In this document: piece by piece, positions 28,709 through 37,178 of the stretch | Position numbering within the stretch: the first letter of the stretch is position 1 | How the letters are laid out: each line of letters starts with the position of its first letter | Assembly: GCA_022574255.1 (NCBI GenBank) | Contig: JACZSK010000004.1 | Coordinates: 704 to 64,703, forward strand | DNA: 64,000 nt | Source of the DNA: Pseudomonadota bacterium | GTDB taxonomy: Bacteria; Pseudomonadota; Alphaproteobacteria; Sphingomonadales; SMXR01 | Direction of reading: 5' to 3' | Notes under the pieces: generated by a model | Told to the model about the DNA's origin: nothing | Databases searched by the model: none | Seen by the model: only the letters and a program-made list of their open reading frames with translations | Made by a program: the position numbers and the translations under genes

Positions 28709-29167
28709 ATGATGAAACCATATCGACTTCTTTCGTGCATCCTTCTTGCCGCGCTGGCGGGAAACAGCGGGGTTCTGGCGCTGGATGAAGACGCAGTGGT
28801 CAAACCGCAGATAATGACCAAGGCGGATATCGCCGGGGAAGTTTTCTCACGGCCCGACATGATCAAAACCGAGCGCCCGGGTGGCGCCACCTACGATGTT
28901 ACTTCCCTGCTCAGCAGTGATGAGAAGTTCGCCTCCGGAATGTATCGGGCCGGCGCCAGCCGGGTCGAGATCGACGAGCCATACGGCGTTGACGAATTCA
29001 TGTATTTCCTCGAAGGCGGCGTGACGCTGACATCATCTGATGGATCGGTCCAGGTCATCAATGCCGGGGACGCCGTAACCATCCCCAAGGAATGGACGGG
29101 TGTCTGGGAGACCGGGGGTTATACAAAAATCTGGGTGATCTATTCCGCCACCGGCGAAATCGAATAA
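28709..29167 (+). CDS. Exported cupin (DUF861-like) with Sec signal peptide
   Basis: Signal MMKPYRLLSCILLAALAG..VLA; DEFMYFLEG, AGDAVTIPKEWTGVW. Confidence 0.75.
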   Translation: MMKPYRLLSCILLAALAGNSGVLALDEDAVVKPQIMTKADIAGEVFSRPDMIKTERPGGATYDVTSLLSSDEKFASGMYRAGASRVEIDEPYGVDEFMYFLEGGVTLTSSDGSVQVINAGDAVTIPKEWTGVWETGGYTKIWVIYSATGEIE

Positions 29168-29168
29168 A

Positions 29169-31064
29169 TCAATCCAGGGCGACCTGTTCGTCAACTGCCC
29201 GGACGGCCGCATCGATGGCGCCGTCGGCATAGGCGTAGGCAGAGGCGTCAGAATTCGCGATTGAAATCCGGCCGATCTGCGCGCGGCCGGCGATATGCGG
29301 CCCGCGTTCGGGGCTCCAGTCCGCCGGATCCCACAATTCGTTATATTCATAGGCATAGCCGTGCGGCCAGCGGTTAACAGTAATGGCCGCAATATCGCAC
29401 TCGGCATCAAAGCCGCCGCCGCTCAGCGCGCCATCCATCTGCCGGAAGACGTCTTCCTCGAAATCGGCAAAGCTCCACTCATATATTTTCTGGCGCCCCA
29501 GAACATACTGCTCGCGGGCGCTAAGGCCCTGGCCCGGGACGCTGGGAATAACGGTTCCATGGACGATAATCGGGTTGTTCGGGCTTTTCGAGAAACTGTA
29601 GTCCCCCATGCTGACGGGGAAATCGGGCTCCATGGAATACATCAGTTCCGCCCGCGGTATGAAGATGCGGTGAAGCCCCAATTCGGCAAACGCCCGCCAG
29701 TTGCGCAGGGCGATATTAATATAAACGAGCGGGACCTTGGTCGCGTATGAAATGGCCTCCCGCTGCGCGTCGGGCACTTCGGGGCAGATATGCGGAATGA
29801 TATTGTTGTAGCAGGCCAGGATCACATGTTTCCCGCGCACCCGGTGCGCGACGCCGCTTTGGACGTATGTGATATCGACAGTTTTGCCATCTTTTGTGTG
29901 ACGAACGTCCACGCCAGTACTGTTAAGCCGAATACGGACAGCCGAGTTTTCCTTGTCCAGTGCGCCATAATCGACCCGTGAAGTTACCAGGCCCTGCATG
30001 GTTTTTCCCGGCACCGCGCTCGGTATCAGGCTCCGCACCAGCGCGCGGGCAACGCCGGCGTTGCCATCGGGGAAGTGGAATATATAGGGCTCGTCCTGAA
30101 TGCCGTGGCCAAGCTGCTGGTCGGTCAGCCCCAGCGCCGAGGTGCCGGGCATTCCGAGCCTGACACCCTCCAGCGCGGAAAGCGCGTCCCACGCCGAGCC
30201 CCAGTAGCTTTTAAACTTGTCTCTCAGCAGGTCTGCCCCTTCCCTGGGGATTCCGGCGTGGGTCTGAAGAAAATCCACATAGCTTATCTTGCGCAGGGCT
30301 TCGGCTTTTTCATCTGGCTTCAGTCCGGGGAGATAGTCAGTGTTACTGGTCACCAGCCTGACCAACGCTGCGCGCGTCTCTTCCCCCACCGGAAATTTAC
30401 TTATGATCTCCCGGGCGGGCGTGCGGCTTGCCTCTAGATAAGTCGTGCTGAACGGGTCCGGCAGGATGCGGTCAACGCCGTAAGCCTGCTGGTTGAAATA
30501 GATGGCGTTCTCAAGATTCCAACGCTTGTTAAACTGCTGATCGAAGTGGGTGTAGAAATCCTGCACCTCTATGGAAATATCCTTCAGCAGCTTCTTTGCC
30601 GCAGGCGAGTAACTCGCCGGCCCCTCGAGGGACTGGCTGCCGCCGTAACCAATCAGTTTTTGCCCGTCGACATCGAATTCATTTCGCTTGGCGTGACCGC
30701 CGAAGTCGTCATGATTATCGAGAACGAGGATTTTTGTATCGGGTCCGATACGTTCCCGATACAAAAACGCTGCAGACAGGCCTGAAATGCCCGCGCCAAC
30801 GACAACCAGGTCATAGGTATCATCGGTTTGTTCGTTCGGCTGCTTCCATCTCTTGCCCTCCTGGGCAATGGCGTGGGCGACTTCGAAGGAACCCGCATGA
30901 CTGCCCCTCATGCCCGTAAGGCCGGGCGGGTAATAGTCTTGGGAGCCTGTTTCTGCGCTCATGGCGCCGGCTACTTCCAGCGGCGACAGAATGGTCCCTG
31001 CGGCAACGCCAAGGGCGACGCCGCCCATAAAATCACGACGGGATATTTTGCGCTGAAGAGCCAT
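29169..31064 (-). CDS. spdH: Tat-exported spermidine dehydrogenase-like flavoprotein
   Basis: SRRDFMGG Tat motif, YYPPGLTGMRGSHAGSFEVAH, GAGISGL, DNHDDFGGHAKRNEF, HFPDGNA, NRWPHGYAYE. Confidence 0.8.
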   Translation of the reverse strand: MALQRKISRRDFMGGVALGVAAGTILSPLEVAGAMSAETGSQDYYPPGLTGMRGSHAGSFEVAHAIAQEGKRWKQPNEQTDDTYDLVVVGAGISGLSAAFLYRERIGPDTKILVLDNHDDFGGHAKRNEFDVDGQKLIGYGGSQSLEGPASYSPAAKKLLKDISIEVQDFYTHFDQQFNKRWNLENAIYFNQQAYGVDRILPDPFSTTYLEASRTPAREIISKFPVGEETRAALVRLVTSNTDYLPGLKPDEKAEALRKISYVDFLQTHAGIPREGADLLRDKFKSYWGSAWDALSALEGVRLGMPGTSALGLTDQQLGHGIQDEPYIFHFPDGNAGVARALVRSLIPSAVPGKTMQGLVTSRVDYGALDKENSAVRIRLNSTGVDVRHTKDGKTVDITYVQSGVAHRVRGKHVILACYNNIIPHICPEVPDAQREAISYATKVPLVYINIALRNWRAFAELGLHRIFIPRAELMYSMEPDFPVSMGDYSFSKSPNNPIIVHGTVIPSVPGQGLSAREQYVLGRQKIYEWSFADFEEDVFRQMDGALSGGGFDAECDIAAITVNRWPHGYAYEYNELWDPADWSPERGPHIAGRAQIGRISIANSDASAYAYADGAIDAAVRAVDEQVALD

Positions 31065-31077
31065 AATCGAACTTTCC

Positions 31078-31113
31078 AAGATCACAAAAATAAGCCAAAA
31101 TGTGATCACAAAT
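31078..31113. promoter_or_regulatory. TGTGATCACA operator plus upstream half-site
   Basis: TGTGATCACA at 31101-31110; GATCACAAAAA at 31080-31090; divergent spdH/aminotransferase region. Confidence 0.75.
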
Positions 31114-31197
31114 TCTATCGTGGGAAGAGAATAATGAGTAGCCCTATCTGCATGCTTCGCGCGTTCGGCAAAACAGAATCAGGCCACAGTAGCTAAT

Positions 31198-32514
31198 ATG
31201 AACCACACCAACGACACTCTATCGGCCTATTGGATGCCGTTTACCCCAAACCGGGATTTCAAGGCCAATCCGCGCATGATCGAAAGCGCCGACGGTTTGT
31301 ATTACAAGACAACCGACGGCCGCGAGGTGTTTGACGGATCATCGGGGCTCTGGTGCTGTGCGCTCGGTCACAACCACCCCAAGGTGGTGGAGGCGATCCG
31401 CGAACAGGCGGGCAGGCTCGATTACGTCTCGCCATTCCAGTTTGGGCATCCTGCGGCGTTTGAGCTGGCCAATATGCTGGCTGACGATATGCCCGAGGAT
31501 CTGGATCATGTTTTTTTCACCAATTCCGGATCGGAATCGGTAGACACCGCCCTCAAGATTGCCACCGCCTACCACCGCCTTCGCGGCGAGGGCACGCGCA
31601 CACGCTTCATTGGCCGCGTAAACGGCTATCACGGTGTCGGGTTCGGCGGCATTTCGGTTGGCGGCATGGTCAACAACCGCAAATTTTTTGGCTCCCTGCT
31701 GACCGGCGTCGATCATATGCCGTTTCCCTATGATTCCGAAACCATGGCGTTTTCCCGGGGGGAGCCCGAACGGCGTGACGATTACGCCGAGGCGCTCGAA
31801 CAGATCATTGCCCTTCATGATTCCAGCACCATCGCGGCGGTGATTGTTGAACCTGTTTTTGGCTCGGCAGGCGTCTATGTTCCGCCCAAGGGGTATTTGA
31901 AACGCTTGCGCGAAATTACCGAAAAACACGGAATTCTGTTGATATTTGACGAGGTCATCACCGCCTTCGGGCGCCTTGGATACGCCACGGCCGCCGAGCG
32001 TTTCGGCGTGACGCCGGACATAATCACCACCGCCAAAGCCATTAACAGCGGCACTGTTCCCATGGGGGCTGTGGCTGTGCGCAAGGGCATCTACGACACC
32101 TTCATGGACCAGACCGAATCAGGCATTGAGCTGTTCCATGGCTATACCTATTCGGCCCACCCCCTGGCGGTGGCGGCAGCCATAGCTGTGCAAAAGATAT
32201 ATAAAGACGAAGGCATCTATGAAAATGTTCAGGAAGTGGAAGGCTACTTCGAAGATATGGCGCATGGGCTGGGTGAAGAAGAGGTCATCACGGATGTGCG
32301 CAACATCGGCCTGATGTGCGGCCTGACCTTCGCGCAAAAGGACGGTGTGCCGATGTCCCGTTCGGGGGCCATATTCCAGCGGGCGTATGAGAACGGCCTG
32401 AAAATTCGCGTTACCGCCGACAATGTAGCCATCGCGCCGCCGCTGACGGTGACCAAAAGCGACATAGACAAAATCGGCGACCTGATGCGACAGACTATAA
32501 GGGACGTTGGCTAA
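31198..32514 (+). CDS. Omega-amino-acid (beta-alanine)--pyruvate aminotransferase, BauA-like
   Basis: WMPFTPNRDFK, DGSSGLWC, YHGVGFGGISVGG, FDEVITAFGR, ELFHGYTYSAHP. Confidence 0.85.
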   Translation: MNHTNDTLSAYWMPFTPNRDFKANPRMIESADGLYYKTTDGREVFDGSSGLWCCALGHNHPKVVEAIREQAGRLDYVSPFQFGHPAAFELANMLADDMPEDLDHVFFTNSGSESVDTALKIATAYHRLRGEGTRTRFIGRVNGYHGVGFGGISVGGMVNNRKFFGSLLTGVDHMPFPYDSETMAFSRGEPERRDDYAEALEQIIALHDSSTIAAVIVEPVFGSAGVYVPPKGYLKRLREITEKHGILLIFDEVITAFGRLGYATAAERFGVTPDIITTAKAINSGTVPMGAVAVRKGIYDTFMDQTESGIELFHGYTYSAHPLAVAAAIAVQKIYKDEGIYENVQEVEGYFEDMAHGLGEEEVITDVRNIGLMCGLTFAQKDGVPMSRSGAIFQRAYENGLKIRVTADNVAIAPPLTVTKSDIDKIGDLMRQTIRDVG

Positions 32515-34056
32515 GTGAATCACTACGACACAATCATCATCGGCGCCGGGCACAACGGGTTGATATGCGCCGCCTATCTGGCGCGTAGCGGTCAACGGGT
32601 ATTGGTGCTGGAGGCGTCAGACACCCTCGGGGGGATGGCCGCACCGCGCGAATTCCACCCCGGCTTCAAGACATCCGTCGCCCATTCTGTAAGCCAGTTT
32701 TCAGCGAAAATTACCCGCGACCTCGACCTTGAAGCGCACGGGTTCAAGTTGGGAAAGACGCTGACCACCGTGGGGCTCAACGACGCGGGAGAGCATGTGG
32801 TCCTGCAGGATGGCGCCGTTAGCGGCGTTGGCCCGGACGACGCCAGCGCCTATGCCGACTACCGACAGATGATGCAGCGCTTTGCCGGCGTGCTGAACCC
32901 GGTCTGGCTTCAAACCATGCCCCGTATCGGCAATAACAACCTCTCGGAAATCCTCACCTTCGCCAGCATCGGGCTCAGGCTGCGCCTGCTTGGCAAGGAC
33001 CACATGCGTGAATTCCTGCGCGTTGCCGCCTTGCCGGCGCGGGACCTTATGGACGAGAATTTCGACAGTGAGCTGCTGAAAGCGGTGCTTGGCTGGGACG
33101 GGCTGATCGGTTCCAGGATGGCGCCGCGTTCGCCGAACGGTGCTGTGTTGGTAATGCTCTATCGCATGAGCGGTGCGCTTTCCGGCGACCATGCCATACC
33201 AAACGGTGGCGTCGGCGGCCTGATCACGTCGCTGCATTCTTCAGCAGTTGAGGCGGGCGTCGAGGTCAGAACCGGTTCCAGGGTTGGCCGTATCTTGATT
33301 CAGGCGGATGAAAGCGGGCTCGCCGCCACCGGGGTTGAACTGGCCGATGGCGAGCAGATAATGGCGGACCGTGTGGTCTCGGCGGCGGACCCCAAAACGA
33401 CCTTTTTCGACCTGGTCGGAGTGCAGAATCTCGAGATCGAGTTCACCAACAGAATCCGGCGGCTGCGGTGCGACGGGTATGTGGCCAAGTTGCATCTTGC
33501 CCTGGACGGATTGCCCGCGTTCGACGGATTGGAGCGGCCCGATGGCCGAATGATTATCGCGCCGGATATGGACAGCATCGAGTTTGCCTTCGATGACGCG
33601 AAGTATGGTGAGAGCGCAGGGCAGCCGGTCATGGAAATCGTCATTCCCAGCCTGCAGGATGCCTCGCTGGCGCCGAATGGCCAGCATGTGCTCTCAGCCC
33701 ATGTCATGTATGTACCTTACCGGCTGAAGGGCGGCTGGACCGATGAGGCGCGCGAAGCCCTGTGTGAAAGGGCTATAGACACCATCGCGCGTTATGCGCC
33801 GGGCATCCGGAAACAGATACTTCACCGGGAATTGCTGACACCGCTGGATCTGGAGCGAACCTGTAATGTCACCGGCGGCCATTGGCATCACACCGAGTTT
33901 GCCATGGACCAGATGCTGATGATGCGGCCGACCTACGATGCCGCGCAATATTCCACGCCGATACCGGGCCTGTATCTGTGCGGCGCCGGCAGCCACCCGG
34001 GTGGTGGCCTGATGGGCGGCCCGGGGCACAACGCTGCCCACGAGATACTCAAATGA
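32515..34056 (+). CDS. Phytoene-dehydrogenase-fold FAD oxidoreductase, type B2
   Basis: Paralogue of 25924-27483 (MREFLRV, VAKLH, GGHWHH, HPGGG); GTG start abuts the previous stop. Confidence 0.85.
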   Translation: MNHYDTIIIGAGHNGLICAAYLARSGQRVLVLEASDTLGGMAAPREFHPGFKTSVAHSVSQFSAKITRDLDLEAHGFKLGKTLTTVGLNDAGEHVVLQDGAVSGVGPDDASAYADYRQMMQRFAGVLNPVWLQTMPRIGNNNLSEILTFASIGLRLRLLGKDHMREFLRVAALPARDLMDENFDSELLKAVLGWDGLIGSRMAPRSPNGAVLVMLYRMSGALSGDHAIPNGGVGGLITSLHSSAVEAGVEVRTGSRVGRILIQADESGLAATGVELADGEQIMADRVVSAADPKTTFFDLVGVQNLEIEFTNRIRRLRCDGYVAKLHLALDGLPAFDGLERPDGRMIIAPDMDSIEFAFDDAKYGESAGQPVMEIVIPSLQDASLAPNGQHVLSAHVMYVPYRLKGGWTDEAREALCERAIDTIARYAPGIRKQILHRELLTPLDLERTCNVTGGHWHHTEFAMDQMLMMRPTYDAAQYSTPIPGLYLCGAGSHPGGGLMGGPGHNAAHEILK

Positions 34057-35672
34057 AGCAATATGACGCAATCATTATCGGCGCCGGCCACAACGGCCTG
34101 ACCAATGCCGCCTATCTGGCCAAAGCCGGTCTGGATGTCATTGTCGTCGAGAAAAACGACTATATCGGTGGTGCGGCGGTATCGCGCGAATTGCACGAAG
34201 GCTGGATATACTCCAACTGTTCCTACGTCTGCAGCATGATGCGCCAGGCGCTGCACCGCGACCTCAACCTGACCCGGCACGGCCTGGTGCTGGTGCCATA
34301 TCTGGGCACCGTTGGATTCGGGGATGGCGACCGCCCGCTGATTTCCTACCATAATGCGGATGCATCCTATTTGGAATTGAGGCGGCACTCGCCGCATGAC
34401 GCAGATTCGATGTTTCGTTTCCAGGCCGACCTGGCCCGCTACGCACAACTGATCCGCAAGACCCTGTTGCGCACGCCGCCCGATCCGACATCGTTCCGGC
34501 CGCGGGATATCCAGGAAATGCTGTTCCTCGCCAAACAATTCTGGATGTTGGGCGAGAGAGAAATTTACGAATATATGCGCTTCTTCACCATGAGCGCTGC
34601 GGAGTTTCTCGATGATTATTTCGAAAACGACCTGATCAAGGCGGCGATGGCCAGCCCGGCTGTTATAGGCACCGCTTTGGGTGTCTATTCGCCGGGCTCG
34701 GCCTACATCCTGCTGCATCATGTGATGGGCGATGTGGATGGCAATATCGGGGCCTGGGGTCTGGCCCGCGGCGGCATGGGGGCCATCTCGACAGCCCTCG
34801 CCGGGGCGCTGCAGGAGCACGGCGGCGAGATTCGCACCAATGCCGGCGTCGAGCGGATTCTGGTCAAAGGCGGCAAGGCGATCGGGGTGGCTCTGGAGGA
34901 CGGCGAAGAGATCAGCGCCCGCATCGTGGTCTCCAACCTGGACGCCAAGCGCACCTTCACGCAAATCATCGATAAGGACGACCTGCCGCCCGGCATTTAC
35001 GACAAGGCCAAAAACTTCAAAATTCGCGGCTCCTCCGGCAAGCTCAACATCGCCCTGTCTGGATTACCGAAATTCACCGGTGTGCCGGACAACCGCTACA
35101 TCAATCGCGGCGGACAGTTGTTCGCCGGTTCCCTGGAAACCATGGAACGCGCCTACGACTGCTGGAAGCGCGGCCGCTGGTCGGATGACCCTTTTATCGA
35201 GTCTGTAATTCCATCCGCCTGGGACCCAACCGTGGCGCCGCCCGGAAAACACTGGATGGCTGCATTCGTGCAATATTGTCCCTCCAAGCTCGCCGACGGC
35301 CCCTGGACGCCGGAGAAACGCGACCAGTTTGGCCAGACTGTTATCGACAAGATCGAGAGATACAGCCCGGGCTTCAAGGACCTGATTGTGCATATGGAGG
35401 TCCGCACGCCCCATGAAATCGAGGCCGAGATCGGATTGACAGAGGGCAATATCTTCCAGGGCGAGTTGACCCTCGACCAATTGCTGTTCAACCGCCCGTT
35501 CCCCGGCTATGCCCAATATCGGATGCCAATTAAAAACATGTATATGTGCGGCTCAAGCACTCACCCTGGCGGCGGAGTCTCCAGCGCCTGTGGCGCCAAT
35601 GCCGCCCGAGAGATTTTGCTGGATCTGAAACTTCCCAATACAGTACCCGAAGACGATTGTTACGATGAATAG
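34053..35672 (+). CDS. Phytoene-dehydrogenase-fold FAD oxidoreductase, type A2
   Basis: Close paralogue of 24318-25931; ATGA overlap with B2. Confidence 0.85.
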   Translation: MKQYDAIIIGAGHNGLTNAAYLAKAGLDVIVVEKNDYIGGAAVSRELHEGWIYSNCSYVCSMMRQALHRDLNLTRHGLVLVPYLGTVGFGDGDRPLISYHNADASYLELRRHSPHDADSMFRFQADLARYAQLIRKTLLRTPPDPTSFRPRDIQEMLFLAKQFWMLGEREIYEYMRFFTMSAAEFLDDYFENDLIKAAMASPAVIGTALGVYSPGSAYILLHHVMGDVDGNIGAWGLARGGMGAISTALAGALQEHGGEIRTNAGVERILVKGGKAIGVALEDGEEISARIVVSNLDAKRTFTQIIDKDDLPPGIYDKAKNFKIRGSSGKLNIALSGLPKFTGVPDNRYINRGGQLFAGSLETMERAYDCWKRGRWSDDPFIESVIPSAWDPTVAPPGKHWMAAFVQYCPSKLADGPWTPEKRDQFGQTVIDKIERYSPGFKDLIVHMEVRTPHEIEAEIGLTEGNIFQGELTLDQLLFNRPFPGYAQYRMPIKNMYMCGSSTHPGGGVSSACGANAAREILLDLKLPNTVPEDDCYDE

Positions 35673-35681
35673 GCCCTCACC

Positions 35682-36890
35682 ATGACCAATACGGAAGACC
35701 GCTGGGCCGGCGAACGGCTTATGGAGTCCCACTTTCACCCCCGACAGGCGGCGCTCAACCTGCGCGACGCCTGGTCGAGCTGGAATGGCTACAAGTTCGC
35801 CAATTATTACTACGACGCCGAATACGAGTATTTCTGCATCCGTAACAGTTGCGGCACATACGACATCTGCCCGATGCAGAAATATGAAATCACCGGCCCT
35901 GATGCCGAAGCCATGCTGAACCGCATGGTGACCCGCAATATTGCCAATTTGAAGGAAAACCGGGTCACCTACGTCTGCTGGTGCACCGATGAAGGGCGCA
36001 TGATCGACGACGGCACGATTTTCAAGCTGGGCCCGGAAAAGTTCATGCTGACCTGCGGCAGTCCCTGCCTGGCCTGGTTGAGGAAAAGCGCCTTCGGATT
36101 TGGCGACGTCACGATTACTGATATGTCCGACGAGACCGCGGCGCTGTCTTTCCAGGGACCGGCCTCATGCGAAGTATTGAAGAAGCTGGGGTTGGAGGGT
36201 ATTGAGACCGCCAAGCCCTTTGACATCATGCACTTTCCCTTTCAGGGTGGCAGCGGCAAGGAATTGATGGTGTCGCGCACCGGATTTACCGGCGATCTCG
36301 GTTACGAGCTGTGGATTGCGCCAGAGCTGGCGCTCGACCTCTGGGACGCGCTCTATGATGCCGGCGACGATTATGGCATCCATCCCTACGGCGAGGTCGC
36401 CACCAATATGGCGCGGCTGGAAGCCGGCTTCATCATGCCGGACATGGAATTTAGTGAAGCGCTCAAGACCATCCACTTTCAGCACGATCAGACCCCCTTC
36501 GAGTTGAACCTGGGCTGGCTGGTCGATTTCAAGAAACCGCATTTCAATGGCCGACGCGCCCTGCTGCAGGATCGGGACAAGGGTCCCGCGTATAAATTGA
36601 CCAAGCTGGATATTGAGGGCAATAAAGTAGCGGAAGGGGCCTATCTGTACAGCAACAGGCGCTGTACGCAGGAGATCGGTTATATCACTTCCGCCATGTG
36701 GTCGCCGGTGGTAAAAGCCAATATCGCGCTGGCGATGATCAAGCCCGAATACCTGGAAGGCGACATCTGGGCGGAAATCTACTACCAAAAAGAGCTGCGC
36801 CAATACAGTAAAGTGGCTAAATGCACGGTCAAAAATAAACCTTTCTGGAGACCGGCGCGGGCGCGAGCAACACCGCCGCCGGGTTTGTAA
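35682..36890 (+). CDS. GcvT-family aminomethyltransferase, second copy
   Basis: EYFCIR, IDDGT, QGPAS, SRTGFTGDLGYE, RLEAG, IYYQKEL shared with 27486-28682. Confidence 0.85.
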   Translation: MTNTEDRWAGERLMESHFHPRQAALNLRDAWSSWNGYKFANYYYDAEYEYFCIRNSCGTYDICPMQKYEITGPDAEAMLNRMVTRNIANLKENRVTYVCWCTDEGRMIDDGTIFKLGPEKFMLTCGSPCLAWLRKSAFGFGDVTITDMSDETAALSFQGPASCEVLKKLGLEGIETAKPFDIMHFPFQGGSGKELMVSRTGFTGDLGYELWIAPELALDLWDALYDAGDDYGIHPYGEVATNMARLEAGFIMPDMEFSEALKTIHFQHDQTPFELNLGWLVDFKKPHFNGRRALLQDRDKGPAYKLTKLDIEGNKVAEGAYLYSNRRCTQEIGYITSAMWSPVVKANIALAMIKPEYLEGDIWAEIYYQKELRQYSKVAKCTVKNKPFWRPARARATPPPGL

Positions 36891-36892
36891 AG

Positions 36893-36946
36893 GGCATTGT
36901 CACGTTAACTGGGCTGGCTCCTGGTGCTTCCCCAGTTTAGCATCTC
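36893..36946 (+). mobile_element. Isolated IS6 left end
   Basis: GGCATTGTCACGTTAACT...CCAGTTTAGCATCT matches the reverse complement of the intact IS end at 57320-57375. Confidence 0.8.
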
Positions 36947-37155
36947 TGGGGTGCTGGATATGCTGGGGAGAGGGGCTAACACACTATAAACACGGCGCTA
37001 TTCGCGTCGCACCAATTGGCTACAGGTTCGCTGGGATTCGAGTGGTGGTGCACGCAGTCTGGAGCGAACCGGTCTCCGACAAAATCAGGCCGATTTCCCT
37101 GTTAAACAGGGAATCTTTTCGGCTTATCAGGGAATTAAATCCGCGGAACAAGGTA
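36939..37155 (+). repeat. Junction element copy 2
   Basis: 140-bp ungapped similarity to 40262-40401; CAGGGAA boxes at 37107 and 37128, degenerate box at 37149. Confidence 0.9.
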
Positions 37156-37178
37156 TTGAATTCAAACTTCAAGAGCCC

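Noticed and set aside
8786-31110. CRP/FNR sites
   Set aside because: The TGTGA and TCACA half-sites abut with no spacer; CRP needs N6
24318-35672. Carotenoid biosynthesis (four 'phytoene dehydrogenases')
   Set aside because: No crtE/crtB/crtY nearby; the context is amine catabolism with GcvT partners
27486-36890. Glycine cleavage system T proteins
   Set aside because: No gcvH/gcvP in the window; each copy is coupled to flavoproteins instead
3247-36946. Intact IS6 composite transposon carrying the polyamine island
   Set aside because: The flanks are short, non-identical fragments lacking a transposase and target duplication
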